From Albugo candida (Eukaryota): 64,000 bases of DNA. Location: NCBI GenBank assembly GCA_040437565.1, contig JBDOQK010000020.1, positions 310,001 to 374,000 on the forward strand. Direction: 5' to 3'. The notes below the pieces were generated by a model. The model was not told where the DNA came from. It ran no database searches and worked only from the letters and a program-made list of their open reading frames with translations. This document shows positions 26,324 through 39,203 of the stretch, piece by piece; the stretch's first letter is position 1; each line of letters begins with the position of its first letter. The position numbers and the translations under genes are program-made.

Positions 26324-28150
26324 TTTCGCTTTGACCTTCTTTTTAATCTGTGAAGAAGTGGAGGCCCTCCATTCCCTGTGTGGCATAAGTCACATGTACC
26401 CTCTGTGAAGATCCAAGAGTTGCTAAATTAGTCATCAAGCCCTCCTGCTTTTTTTAAAAGGCTTTCACCTCTGGATCAATTTCGACTCCGGATTGGATGC
26501 TACAACGTTGGTTCTTCGGGAAAGCGAATGCGCTGAGTGCTTAGATGTAATATCATGGTAGGTTAGCTCACCAGAAGCACCTATAAGGCGGACCCGGTCA
26601 AAACACTATGACTTTATTGACCATTGCGATATTGTGTGGGTCACACGACACTTTTCTGAGCCTTATGCCATCTGGCATTGTAAGTTACTTGGACCTCCAA
26701 CCTGCCACGACAGCACGACGCCATACATGACAAAGTCGAAAGTAAAAAGGCTACTCCCCACCTATATCATATCAGTCAAGTAAAGATCTCGGAATCCCTG
26801 TTGAGTAGACTTTATTCGCCCCAGCTTTTATCGACAGCTGTGCATTGGATCCTGGGACAGCTTTCAAGAATCCATTGCCCTCAAATCTAGTCAGCAGTGC
26901 AGTATTTTCTGCAACGAAAGCTCCTGTTATCACAGAGAGAGAGTCATCATTACTCTAATCCCTAAATGAACAGCTGGCGCAATTTCAATCAAGCAACCAT
27001 ATCGCATACACTTTCTTCTCAACCAATTGTCAATCCACACCGACGTTAAGACATCCCTCTTACTCATTACGGATGGATGATAGAACGAGCCCAGAGAAGA
27101 ATTGTCTTCGGAAGTGCTCAAAGAACCTTATCTGATAACATCATCTTCTTTGCAACAAGGCAGTCAACAACTAGGAATTTACCAGCATTTGAAGTCCGTA
27201 GAAAGCTTGATGTTCGACTAAAAATGAACACCTACTGTATATCATCATGAAGCCTGTGTTATTGTTAGAAGTCACACATCTCTCCGACATCTGCTGCTAA
27301 CGACCTTTATTGTCCGCCTCAGATCTTCTGGTATCCGAGCATGCTACGTAAATCACGTTGCAAATTTTGCAAACATTAGGAGATATGATTTTAATATAGA
27401 CCATCGATAGCCACGCTATTGTGCGACTGAATGTCGAGATTGAGGCATCCGCCGAGATGGGGTCTCGGCTATGCGTCCGGAATTCACAACAATAGATTGC
27501 CATTTTTTCGTCTCCTATGATTATACCGATCAACGCTTAGGACCAGGCCTATGCTTCTCAGCGCTGATAAGGTGCAACAACTTGAAACTCGGCTAACGCT
27601 CATGACTGATTGTGCTTATGGGTTATGTACTTGCGGATGCCTGGCCAGTCATGTGATGTATAGAGATAGAAAATTTGTCCGCCAACAATCAATTAAGACC
27701 ATTCTGATAAATGAAGGAGCTAGATTCTTTAAGAAGTCGAGCTGTACCGTTTTGGAACAATTGAAGCAATTCACGCTCTCATAATCCGAAAGCGCGACCG
27801 ACGCACCACCACAACCGACTCTTATGTCCGATTCGCTTATAAGATGGCTGGTCGTGACGTTCCCGCCGTGTGCCGTAGCGGACGGTGAGTCTCATCGATA
27901 CATTTGGACACTAGCGAATTCACGTACAGCGGCAATAGCTGCCCCACGTATGCGGCCGGAGTCCAATATCCACGACATGACACATAACGAGCTAGTCTGA
28001 CTGGAAAATAGGTTTGATAGGGAAGTGCTTCGTGTGAACGCTCGCGTTGTAGATAAGTAAGTGATACAAGACCTCCATGACCGACACACGACCCGATCAC
28101 TTTTACTTGAAACGTATTGTACCGCTTTTCTCGAATCAAGTACGCAAAGT

Positions 28151-29182
28151 ATGCAAAATCTCGAATCAAGTATTCAGAAAATTCTTCAAATGCCACCAAG
28201 ACATTTCGAGATTTCATATAATCGACGTGATTTGATTTTATATGCGCTTGGCATAGGCGAGACAGACCGGCAATTCACACATGAATCCGACCCTTTTTTT
28301 GCAGCCTTTCCGCTTTGTACGTCAGTCAAATACGAGTGTTTCCTAATCAAACACGTGTTTCATGTAGATCCGGTTATGTTCCCTTTTCTTGAAAATGCCC
28401 ACGACATTTCATTCTTTCCGCCTAAATCGCTTTGCTTGGATGAAGGCACCTTCCCACCGATCAAATCAGTGATTCATGTTGAGCAAACTCTGGAAATCCA
28501 TCACCTCATCGCAAATCAAAGTGCTACTTACCATTGTGAAAGCAGGATACTCTCAATTCGCGGTGAAGTAAAAGGAGCTTTCATGGAAAGAGAGACGCTG
28601 ATTAGAGATCAAAACGGCATTCTGCATGCTCGTCTTCTCAGTGGTCTATACATTCCCGGACTGTGTGGGATCTGTAAAAATGAAATCGCAAGTCTTAGGT
28701 CACGTATTGTCATGCCTAGAGACCAAAAACCGGACTGGGAATTCAGTCTCAAGACAACACCAGAGCAAGCGATGCTCTATCGATTGTCAGGGTACGTATC
28801 TTTGTTGACGGACTGTAGGATCAGAAAACTGATATACGGCTTATTCACCAGCGACTATAATCCTCTACACATTGACCCTGACATTGCAATATCGTATGGA
28901 TTCGAGAGCCCGGTCCTTCACGGGCTTTGTACAATGGGAATCACAGCTCGTGTTTTGTATAAAATTTTCTGCTGTCGAGTCCCGAGTCGATTTAAAAAAA
29001 TTCGAGTGCGATTCAGAAAGCCTGTGTACCCGGGAGACTCCCTAAAGATTCAGATATGGCGACACTCAAGCGAGAACGATCAGCAGATAGTCGTTTTTCG
29101 CACAATCGTGCCAGAACGTGATTGTGTAGTTCTTGATGGCGGGGAGTTTACTTATCTTCCTGGACAACGGGCCAGGCTATGA
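28151..29182 (+). CDS. Peroxisomal enoyl-CoA hydratase 2 (double hot-dog/MaoC-like)
   Basis: RDLILYALGIG. Catalytic YRLSGDYNPLHIDP and PVLHGLCTMG appear after removing introns 28317-28367 and 28792-28851. C-terminal ARL is a PTS1 signal. Confidence 0.9.
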   Translation: MQNLESSIQKILQMPPRHFEISYNRRDLILYALGIGETDRQFTHESDPFFAAFPLCTSVKYECFLIKHVFHVDPVMFPFLENAHDISFFPPKSLCLDEGTFPPIKSVIHVEQTLEIHHLIANQSATYHCESRILSIRGEVKGAFMERETLIRDQNGILHARLLSGLYIPGLCGICKNEIASLRSRIVMPRDQKPDWEFSLKTTPEQAMLYRLSGYVSLLTDCRIRKLIYGLFTSDYNPLHIDPDIAISYGFESPVLHGLCTMGITARVLYKIFCCRVPSRFKKIRVRFRKPVYPGDSLKIQIWRHSSENDQQIVVFRTIVPERDCVVLDGGEFTYLPGQRARL

Positions 29183-29245
29183 TTCGCACAAAGCAAAAAA
29201 GTCTATAGAGTGAATAATTTCAGAATTAATGAAGCACGAGACGTC

Positions 29246-30753
29246 TCAGCTTTCATTGCGCGTAATGTACGCCAATAAATCGATCCGTGTGACGACTCCA
29301 AAGATCACCGACTTGATGGCCATACTTCCACCCTTGTGTATACATTTTTGCTCCGTTACGACAAGAGCAAAATGATCGCGGTCAAAAATTCGACTGAGAT
29401 CGTACAGTGATGTCTGTGTGCTGACCTTTTTAAATTGCTTGTACATGGCTTTCTCGACAGGATCAGTTGGCCTCACACGACCGGGCATGAGCTTTGAGAT
29501 AAGATTCCCTTCGGAGACTACACCGACAACCGAGTTGTCCTTATTCATGACTGGAAGATTGTCAAAGCCTTCCTTTCGCAGCAAGTCGATAGCTTCTCGG
29601 CATGTCACATCAGTTGTTATGGTCACTGGAGCTTGAAGCGGAAGATCTGATACTGTCTTAGATGCCCACCATGTGCCACTCAATTGATTCTTGACCACAT
29701 CTTCCACATATCCATGCTCATACATCCAATCATCTGAGAGAAATTTGCTCATATAATTTCGGATTGAATCAGGCAGGATCACAACGCACTTTTGACCCTT
29801 TTGCAAATCTTTGGCCGCCTGAAGTGCTGCCACCATTGCTGATCCACAAGAGCCGCCACAAAGTAAACCTTCCTCTCGAATCAAACGCCGAGCCATACGG
29901 AAGGATTCAGCGTCATCTGTTTTTATCCAGCGATCAACAAGTGATCGATCGAGAACGTCAGGGATGAAATCGTAACCTATGCCTTCAACCTGATACGCTT
30001 GGAGTTTGTTTTCATCATTGAGAGATCCTGGCTGCGCCAGAATGGATCCTTTTGGATCGGCCCCAACCATGATTACATTCGGGCATGTCTCTTTTATTTT
30101 TCTGGCTAGACCTGTGATAGTTCCACCAGTTCCGGCCCCTACCACCACCATATCGATCTCATCATCACAGGCGTCTAAAATTTCTTGTGCCGTTCCTTCA
30201 TAGTGAGCCAATGGATTCGATGGGTTTGTGTACTGATCTAAAATATGCGAGTTTGGTATCTCTTTGTTGAGTCGCTTGGCAACGCCTATATGAGATTCCG
30301 GCGAGTCAAAGGGTGCCTCGGTCGGAGTACGAATAATTTCAGCTCCAAGTGCTTTGAGGACATCTACTTTTTCTTGCGACATCTTCTCGGGCAATGTAAT
30401 GATCATGCGAAATCCATAGATGGCCGCAGCCAATGCAAGTCCGATCCCGGTGTTTCCACTTGTGGGTTCAATCAGTGTGTCACCTGGTTTGATGCGGCCA
30501 CTTGCCATAGCATCCTCAATCATCCGCTTCCCGATACGGTCTTTGACGGAACCCCCAGCATTGAAGAATTCACATTTGGCAAGCAGGTCACACTTCAGTC
30601 CAGCTTTTTTCACAATCTTCCCAGCATTATTTCAGTCAGAAAACTTCAAATATTTGTCGTAAATTGTCTTACCTTGTGTAAGCGCACTAATGGAGTGTTT
30701 CCAATGTGCTCCAACACGGAGTTCAGTACTTTACATTTATTTTCGCTGCACAT
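29246..30753 (-). CDS. CBS: Cystathionine beta-synthase with C-terminal CBS domains, 2 exons
   Basis: Exon 1 has [10 protein letters not shown]. Main exon has [16 protein letters not shown] (PLP Lys), [23 protein letters not shown] and a C-terminal Bateman pair. Confidence 0.95.
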
Positions 30754-31431
30754 GAAGCTTTATCAATTTGCGTCCTGTAACAAGAATAGATACCTTCTTA
30801 CCGAGTGCCATTTGTATGCTGTTCAGCGACGGAACACGATTCTGTATCGGAAGAGGGCATATGCGCACAGCTGTATATGGCAAGTGGATAGTAGAACTAA
30901 TTATGTGCTTGAAAAGGTGGGCAGCATGACAGCTTTTATTGGCAAGGAAAGCACCAATCAATGAAGCATCTAACGAATGTCACTGCCACACACATTTAGG
31001 GATTGCTGACACATGTCTGCTTCGCAATTAATTTCGACGTAGTAGTATGCGTCTACAAGTGATGGTAGTCTGTGAATGACAGTTGCATGGAAGTTCTTCA
31101 GGCCTGCTACATAATGTCAGCGTGTGTCACATCTTTATGGACTAGCGCCGCAAGAGTACGAACCTTGACGTACTGGACCAGCTATGTGTGTGACAGTGAA
31201 CATTTAGAGCTTATGTGACTAGAAAGTTGTTCTGAGCGATTTAGCGACAGCTTTCACTCATTGTGTAGACTCAAATTCCAGTGTGAAAGAAATAGAGTTG
31301 TATTTGTTGACTAACAAAATGCGGTAGTTCTTATATTCCATGCGCTCAGATCATTGCAACATAGCTATTCATTCACACTACAAGTTTATCTCCATATGAT
31401 GTAAGACCTAAAAGTAGGAGAAAGTGCCCAC

Positions 31432-32196
31432 ATGGCTCCCAATCTAAAATTGATTGGCATCACGGGAATCCTCATTGTATCGAGCAAATGGTATTTGGAC
31501 ACCTCCAATCCAGGTAAAAAAACCCAGAACTTGACAATACGATCTCACGTGCATTAGTTCATGTCTGGCTCGTTCGTGGTGGATTTTTCTTCTCGCAATG
31601 CTTTATCTATGCGCTTTTGTTATATTTGTTTTACAAGGCTAAGGTATCTTACCTCGCGGGTTGTCAAATGATTGCTACATGACGCTTTTGTGATCGCCAG
31701 CATACAAAAGAAATCGGTACTGTCAAAGTGGAAAAAGATGAAACATTTGGTCAAACGAACGCCGAAACAAAGCTGCTTTCTGTGTCCGATTACGATCAAA
31801 ATATTTGTCTCGAAGAATTACAAAGAGTATGAGATTCTGATTGGAATTTCTGTCTTAATTGAGTGAGAACCATTGCAGATTGCAATCGGGTCCGCAGTAA
31901 CAGCGTTTTTGCACTGGAAATGGGATTTATATCCCCCACTCATCATACAAGCGGTGAACCAGCCGTACGCTTTGCTGTACTCGCCACTTGCAAAGATACA
32001 TCTATTCCAACAACGAGCATGGGGGAAACTTCGAAGGCCATGGACCGACAATAATGCGCTGACAATGGACTCGCAATGGAAGAGGTGGAATGGAACAATC
32101 AACTCCGCCATTTCCGGGGACGCTTCATCACAGACGCGAAAAGCTTTAAAAGGGAAGGAGAAAGCAAAAAAGGGTTCCACAAAGAAAAAACAGTAA
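31432..32196 (+). CDS. PHO88/SND3-family ER membrane protein, multi-exon
   Basis: Spliced: MAPNLKLIG...LLSVSDYD...FLHWKWDLYPPLIIQAVNQP...PLAKIHLF...KLRRPW, matching the PHO88 pattern (YD, H...PL.IQ, KIH, L.RP). Confidence 0.75.
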
Positions 32197-32820
32197 AGAT
32201 TCTAATCCTGGTAATATAGGTGCTAGGTAGCTGAAACTCCGATTTTACTCAAGTGTGTTTTTCTACGAAAGGTGCTTGAGANNNNNNNNNNNNNNNNNNN
32301 NNNNNNNNNNNNNNNNNNNNNNNNNNNNNNNNNNNNNNNNNNNNNNNNNNNNNNNNNNNNNNNNNNNNNNNNNNNNNNNNNCTGAAACTCCGATTTTACT
32401 CAAGTGTGTTTTTCTACGAAAGGTGCTTGAGAAAATAGCAATTACACCACCACGTAATATCGGTCCCACGGCCCTCCTGATGTGGTGTCGCGACCAAGAT
32501 ACCGTGCACTTCCCAACAATTGTCAAACCAGCGCTTGATGCATCGATGAGAAGCATGGCTTTCTTAGATAACTAGCTTTTGCTCTTAGGTTCTTGATCAA
32601 ACTAAATTTACTCGAGAGTAAGCACTTGATGCTTCTTCAGATTTGCCAAGTTTTAAATCTTGAGCATAACACATATTCATGAAGGTGCCTTGTCAGAACG
32701 CGCCATATCGATTGCGAAAACATTTTTTCGGTATAAGAAGGTCAATAAGAGACACGAGAGGGAACTCAAGGCGAAAAGTGTAATTCGTATTCAATCTATA
32801 TTGAAATCTTGCAAGCTGTT

Positions 32821-35800
32821 CTATTTGGTGAACTCACTGACTGGCTGATGTCCGCCATCCTCAACTAGCTTCTCACGTAATGTCAGCAGCTCCCTGCGCC
32901 ACATTTCTTCTGGCGTCGTCTCTTGTAGTGTATGTAGCTCCGTCAGTCTTTTTTTATGCTCTTCTTCGAGTTTGTTGGCTCTATCGAGCGTGAAGCTCCA
33001 CATCGACATGTTGAGAAGATAATCAAAACCTCCTGAAGAGTTATCATTCGCCGACATGTTACCATATCGAAATTGTTGCTCTGGAGTATATCCTTGGGAG
33101 TCCAGCAAGCATGCAACTTTTCCTTTGGTCATTTTCCTTGTGAGAATGCTCTGAAGATCACCTGTACTCACTTGTGAGATAAACCGGATTCGATTTTGTA
33201 ATTCTAAAACGTCGCATTCGTGTTTTTTCACCAAGTACTCCTTTCGACGTTTGTATAAATCCAATCGCACAGGAAAAAACATTTTGATGATATCATCGGA
33301 GCCCGAAAAGCGCTGCAGAGTAGAGTTAGTGTCGAACGCGTGCATGTTGTTGGTGTTCAATTTTGATTCCAGCTTGAAGAATTGAATTAATTCCACCGGG
33401 GTCATATCGCGGAAGAATGTCGAGTCGGCACGAGATAGCTGGATCCGGAAACATACATGTTCTTCAGAGTGATGTTCTGTAAATGAACGAATCAGCTTTT
33501 TCTGGAGTAAATCCCATAGCGTCTTCTTGTAGTCATCAGTCCACTTTCCAATAGGAAGCTCGGCTATCTCTAGTGTTGTGGCGTTTAAATGTCGAATTGT
33601 TCCCTGGGTTGTGTAGGACTGCAATCCGGCTGCATGAATGGTACCCCGAAAGCCTCGAAACCAGGGCAAGAGAGATTCTGACGGTGGACTTTGATCAAGA
33701 TGATGTTGCGAATTTAGTGAATCGATTCGACAAAGCACGCGATCGATAACTTCGATCGGATTATGATTTGGTATATATGTGGACCAGCCCGTCCCAATTC
33801 CTTCACATCCATTTATCAGTAACATTGGTATGATAGGGACGTAGTACTGGGGCTCAACAGAGATCCCGTCGTCGTCATTGTAGCGCAATAATGCATCGTC
33901 TTCTTCTGGATATATCAGCCGTGTGTATTTACTCAGCTTCGTAAAGATATATCGAGGGCTAGCAGCATCTTTTCCACCTTGAAGGCGGGTTCCGAATTGA
34001 CCTGAAGGATACAGCATATTGATGTTATTGGAACCAACATAGTCCTGCGCCATGTTAACAATAGTAGAGTGCAGCGATGCCTCACCATGATGATACGCTG
34101 TATGCTCACTACAATATCCGGCCAGCTGTGCTACTTTCATTTCCTGTGAAAGTTTTTTCTTGAGACATGCGAACAATACCTTCCGTTGAGATGTTTTCAA
34201 CCCGTCAATAGCGGACGGGATTGACCGCGTGTTATCGGCACGAGAGAATTGGATCAATTCTTGATTGACAAAGTCACTATAGGAAAACACACCTTGCTCT
34301 CTACAGAAAAAGGAATTGACATCGTACTTTTGTAGTAACCAATTCTTCCGGTCATGAGCACGTGCTTTACTGAACACCATTTCGAGTAATTGCCCATCCT
34401 CTTCACCTTCCCATTTCATTTGAATCAGATGCTTCTTCAGATTGGAAAAATACTCGCGGGCTTCTGCACTGGTACTTGTTCCCAGGCCTTTATAATATTT
34501 AATGTAATAGTTTTTTCTCTCGTCTGCAGCAAGATTTTTTCGCCATTCAAGGTAATCTGGTGAGCTGTAGAAGCTCAGAGGACTTTTTACCTGTGAATCT
34601 CTTTTTGGTATTGCTTTGATGATTGGAGTCACAAACACCTGGATAAATTCTTTTGATCGTAGTAAATTCGGCCAGAACGTGTGGAAGATATTGAACAATA
34701 ATCCTTTAATATGCGAGCCATCATGATCTTGATCTGTCATTACGATAACATGACCATATCGAAGTTGCTGACGTTTCTCTATAGTAGCATATGACTCCCC
34801 CATTTGAAGTCCTAGTATCGTGCATAGATTCATAAATTCGGAATTTTTGGATAATTGATTGATTGTTGCGTCCCGTACATTCAGAAGCTTACCCCTTAGT
34901 GGAAAGACGCCAAAACGATCCCTTCCCACGACTGCAAGCCNNNNNNNNNNNNNNNNNNNNNNNNNNNNNNNNNNNNNNNNNNNNNNNNNNNNNNNNNNNN
35001 NNNNNNNNNNNNNNNNNNNNNNNNNNNNNNNNNNNNNNNNAGGCGGGTTCCGAATTGACCTGAAGGATACAGCATATTGATGTTATTGGAACCAACATAG
35101 TCCTGCGCCATGTTAACAATAGTAGAGTGCAGCGATGCCTCACCATGATGATACGCTGTATGCTCACTACAATATCCGGCCAGCTGTGCTACTTTCATTT
35201 CCTGTGAAAGTTTTTTCTTGAGACATGCGAACAATACCTTCCGTTGAGATGTTTTCAACCCGTCAATAGCGGACGGGATTGACCGCGTGTTATCGGCACG
35301 AGAGAATTGGATCAATTCTTGATTGACAAAGTCACTATAGGAAAACACACCTTGCTCTCTACAGAAAAAGGAATTGACATCGTACTTTTGTAGTAACCAA
35401 TTCTTCCGGTCATGAGCACGTGCTTTACTGAACACCATTTCGAGTAATTGCCCATCCTCTTCACCTTCCCATTTCATTTGAATCAGATGCTTCTTCAGAT
35501 TGGAAAAATACTCGCGGGCTTCTGCACTGGTACTTGTTCCCAGGCCTTTATAATATTTAATGTAATAGTTTTTTCTCTCGTCTGCAGCAAGATTTTTTCG
35601 CCATTCAAGGTAATCTGGTGAGCTGTAGAAGCTCAGAGGACTTTTTACCTGTGAATCTCTTTTTGGTATTGCTTTGATGATTGGAGTCACAAACACCTGG
35701 ATAAATTCTTTTGATCGTAGTAAATTCGGCCAGAACGTGTGGAAGATATTGAACAATAATCCTTTAATATGCGAGCCATCATGATCTTGATCTGTCATTA

Positions 35801-37589
35801 CGATAACATGACCATATCGAAGTTGCTGACGTTTCTCTATAGTAGCATATGACTCCCCCATTTGAAGTCCTAGTATCGTGCATAGATTCATAAATTCGGA
35901 ATTTTTGGATAATTGATTGATTGTTGCGTCCCGTACATTCAGAAGCTTACCCCTTAGTGGAAAGACGCCAAAACGATCCCTTCCCACGACTGCAAGCCCA
36001 GCAACGGCTAATGCTTTTGCGGAATCACCCTCGGTGAGTATAAGCGAGCACTCATGCGACTGCGATCCACCAGCAAGATTAGCGTCTTCAAGCTTTGATA
36101 CATTCAGTATTGATTTCGATCGGGCTGTGGATACCTTTTTCATCAATGCTGAGCGCTGTTTTGATCGAATACCTTGCACAGTTTGCTCCACAATACCTGT
36201 ATCACGTATAACTGCTTTCAGGAAACGATCCGGAAGATTACAAAGGGTCCCAAAACTTGCAGGTCGGGATGTTAGATATTCTTTCATTTGAGAGTCGAAT
36301 GTGGGATTCTCAATCATGCAGTTGATGTAAAGTGCAAGATATGGCTTTACTTGAGCTGGGGTGGCATTCAATTCCGAATGTTTTTTTGCAATGTGATCCG
36401 CAACTCGCTTCGTAATTTGTTCGGCGACATGAAGGACATGCGTTCCACCACGAAGCGTTGATATTCCATTCACGAAACTGACTTGAGTAAAGCCTACTTC
36501 TGATGGTAAAACACCAATGTGCCAAAACCTGTTGATGCGTGATATGACCCAGCTGAAATCAGTTTTCGCCGAAGACAATTTCTGATCCCCCTTAAATGCC
36601 TGAATGTATGATTCGAATCCGGAGATAGGAATTATACTTCCATTCAAACTTACTGTAACATCGTCGACACAACCGGCTACGTCATAGACTCGCTTCTTCA
36701 ATAGCCGTAATGTATCTGTACTTAGGGACTCCAATTGGAATAATTTCAAGTCTGGAGAGAACGAGATGCGAGTATAATCTTTATCACCAGCTGGTAATGG
36801 TTCAATCTCTGGTCTCTCTCGTTCCCGCATATTATTTCGCCAAACTTGTCTGTACTTCATACCTGTGATTGTATCTCCGGTCTCCACAACGAATGTTTTG
36901 CTAAAAATATTGGTTAATTTTGCTCCGTAGCCATGCCTGCCGCCCGTGAATCGAGTACTACCATCGTCAAAGTTTGATCCGGTTAAAAGATTCCCGAAAA
37001 CAAGTTCGGGTACGTATATCCCTTCCGTTGGGTGTATTTGGACAGGAATACCGCGACCGTCATTATGGACCATGATGCAGGGTTCGTTTGCAATTGTCGT
37101 GTCAATAACCACATCTAATTTTTGCATGGTACGATCTCTTTTCTTATTATCCAGTGCGTTTACAACGATCTCATCAAATATTTTGTAAAGAGCAGGAACA
37201 TATTCTATGGAATCTAGTGTCATTTCTACTTTATTTTCGATTGCATTTTCATTTACGATCCATACATTTTCCGTTACTTTTTCCATTGAGCCAATATACA
37301 TTTCAGGTCGCAACAAAACATGTTCTAGCGGTGTTTTCCGCTGAAATGTGCATTCGAGCGAGCGGTGAATAGAAAGATCGGAAACGCTAAAAGGCTGACA
37401 TCTGACCAATTTTCTCTGCGGTATTTGTTTGAAAAAACTTACCGTTATCGACCGCTTGCTAGCGAAGCGCAGGTGCGCACGAAGGACACGGTCCAATGAG
37501 TAGTATCGAGCATACGTCCACATAAGAACTATGATTGATCGGATTGGAGGCAACATTCTCCAATCACGAACAGTTGATAGTGGTTTCAT
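32821..37589 (-). CDS. TOP2: Type IIA DNA topoisomerase, single gene of ~1236 aa once the 958-bp overlap across the gap is collapsed
   Basis: EHVLLRPEMYIGS, EIVVNA, GGRHGYGAK, LTEGDSA, PLRGKLLN, MTDQDHDGSHI, YYKGLGTS, YHHGE, and the active-site ASPRY. Confidence 0.95.
33983..35998. repeat. Direct duplication 33983-34940 / 35041-35998 flanking a 100-N gap (assembly overlap)
   Basis: No differences seen by eye, and both copies translate identically. Confidence 0.9.
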
Positions 37590-37816
37590 AGTATCATCAA
37601 ATACAGCTTAGTTGTGGGGCTTATTGGATGAGAAATTCACGACCTCTGAGTCAAAAGAAATACCGAAACTGATAATGGCAATCTGCTAAGGTACATTTTT
37701 GTCGAATAGGTACACTTGGCATAGCTCGATGTTGACAATTAGCCTTTTGTGGAGGGAAGACCTGAAATTGACCTGAAATTGCGGAAATTAAGTCTTGCTA
37801 CTTCTTCAAATTTCTC

Positions 37817-39058
37817 CTATGGGCCTTCGGCGTGTGATTTCCTTCCCACTTCTGTATTTTTCGTGTCAAGGACAATGACTTGAGGTATAGTACCAGGGAA
37901 TCGCTTGATTTCAAATTTTTTTGATTTTAATATGACACGCTCCATCATTTTGATTTCTTGTCCCAGCTTTCCATCTCTCTGATAATAACGTATTCCCGTT
38001 CTTTTGTCACGGATCACAGGCAAGAATTGTTTATCTACACCATACCGTTTCCACGCATCATTGTATTTTGCTGCAAATTGTGTGGGCTTCGTTCTGGCTT
38101 GATAAAGGAGCTTCAGGTACGCAATTTTACTTTCTATCTTTCCACTAGCTTTTTGATAATATTTTGCTACTGCTGATCTAGTATTAGTAGCAGTGATTGT
38201 AGACAATCTTTTCTTGAAGTTTTTGAAAGCAGAAGGCGCCAATTCAGGTTTATTTGTACTTGAATCGTACCGTATATGACTGAAATCGATGGATTTCACG
38301 ATCGGCTTATCCGAAACTTTTTCAACTCGTCTAACTGGTACGATCTTGTCTGAAGTATCACTTTCGCGTGCACCATGCGTATCGTCAAGACGGCTACCCG
38401 ATGCTTCAGCTGATTTACCCTTCACGTAGTTCATGTTCTCACCCACACGATTTGATGCACCATTCGTTTTGTCAGATCCAGAAGCTTTCCATTCAGCTAA
38501 TGCACCGTCGAGTGAATGATCGCGCCTCTGCACGAACTCTGCTTTCAAATTCGCCGATCCAGGCAATAATTGTCCTATTGAGCTCTCTGTTAGAGACGCA
38601 GTCTTTAGATGTATCCCGTGTTGTGTGACAAAAGAACTTGCATCTCGCGGTTCGCTTTTCGTCTCCGCTTCGCCAGTTTTCCGAACATTGAAAGTCGATT
38701 GCGAAAGGATTCCTGGATCAGATGCCGCTTTCTCGTCGTTAGATGTCTCCAAGCTTTTACTTCTTCGCTCGTAGTTCTCACTCAGTTTATTGGTGGAAAG
38801 CGTTCCTGCACGTTGAGAACCTGGCATGCTGATACTCTTAGTGAAGCGAGTCTGGTCCTTTACTGTCTGAAGACTTCTTTGTGCTTGCGGATCGCCTCCT
38901 CGACTAACTTCATAAGCGAGTTCAGATTGTACTTGGTCGTCGTGTGGCACCGGCTGGAAAGACACCGCAATCGTGGAATTTTGATCCTCGATAAATGCTA
39001 CGAAGATGAAAATAGGCAACAGAAGCGCCGTGACGTGCTTCTTTGACCGTGCTACCAT
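37817..39058 (-). CDS. Secreted RxLQ-type candidate effector, family member 1
   Basis: MVARSKKHVTALLLPIFIFVAF signal-like start, QRSLQ near residue 60, intronless, Ser/Thr/Lys-rich. N-terminus homologous to the genes starting at 41087 and 44680. Confidence 0.75.
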   Translation of the reverse strand: MVARSKKHVTALLLPIFIFVAFIEDQNSTIAVSFQPVPHDDQVQSELAYEVSRGGDPQAQRSLQTVKDQTRFTKSISMPGSQRAGTLSTNKLSENYERRSKSLETSNDEKAASDPGILSQSTFNVRKTGEAETKSEPRDASSFVTQHGIHLKTASLTESSIGQLLPGSANLKAEFVQRRDHSLDGALAEWKASGSDKTNGASNRVGENMNYVKGKSAEASGSRLDDTHGARESDTSDKIVPVRRVEKVSDKPIVKSIDFSHIRYDSSTNKPELAPSAFKNFKKRLSTITATNTRSAVAKYYQKASGKIESKIAYLKLLYQARTKPTQFAAKYNDAWKRYGVDKQFLPVIRDKRTGIRYYQRDGKLGQEIKMMERVILKSKKFEIKRFPGTIPQVIVLDTKNTEVGRKSHAEGP

Positions 39059-39180
39059 CGTATACTGCAGCGTCAATTGATAAATGTGTCCTTTTTACAT
39101 TGCCGTGACATCATGACTATTCGTTGACACGTGGCTGAAGGCATGGCTAGATTGTCAGAGCTGGCTGATCCAGTCGACAA

Positions 39181-39203
39181 CTCATGCCACTGCACGAGCA
39201 GGT
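39181..39203. promoter_or_regulatory. Conserved palindromic upstream motif, copy 1 (CTCATGC-cact-GCACGAG-CAGGT)
   Basis: 123 nt upstream of the ATG at 39058; homologous copies at 41256 and 44816. Confidence 0.45.

Noticed and set aside
26460-27130. Possible CCG/CHxC effector remnants (SECAECLDVISW*, NCLRKC)
   Set aside because: No start or signal peptide, the Gly is missing and stops follow immediately; short Cys pairs arise by chance.
30245-30964. 239-aa plus-strand ORF and similar antisense ORFs (e.g. 19171-19722, 35917-36291)
   Set aside because: Antisense shadows of well-supported genes with no motifs of their own.
32821-37589. Two tandem topoisomerase II genes
   Set aside because: The ORFs overlap by an apparently identical 958 bp across an N gap and merge into one complete gene.
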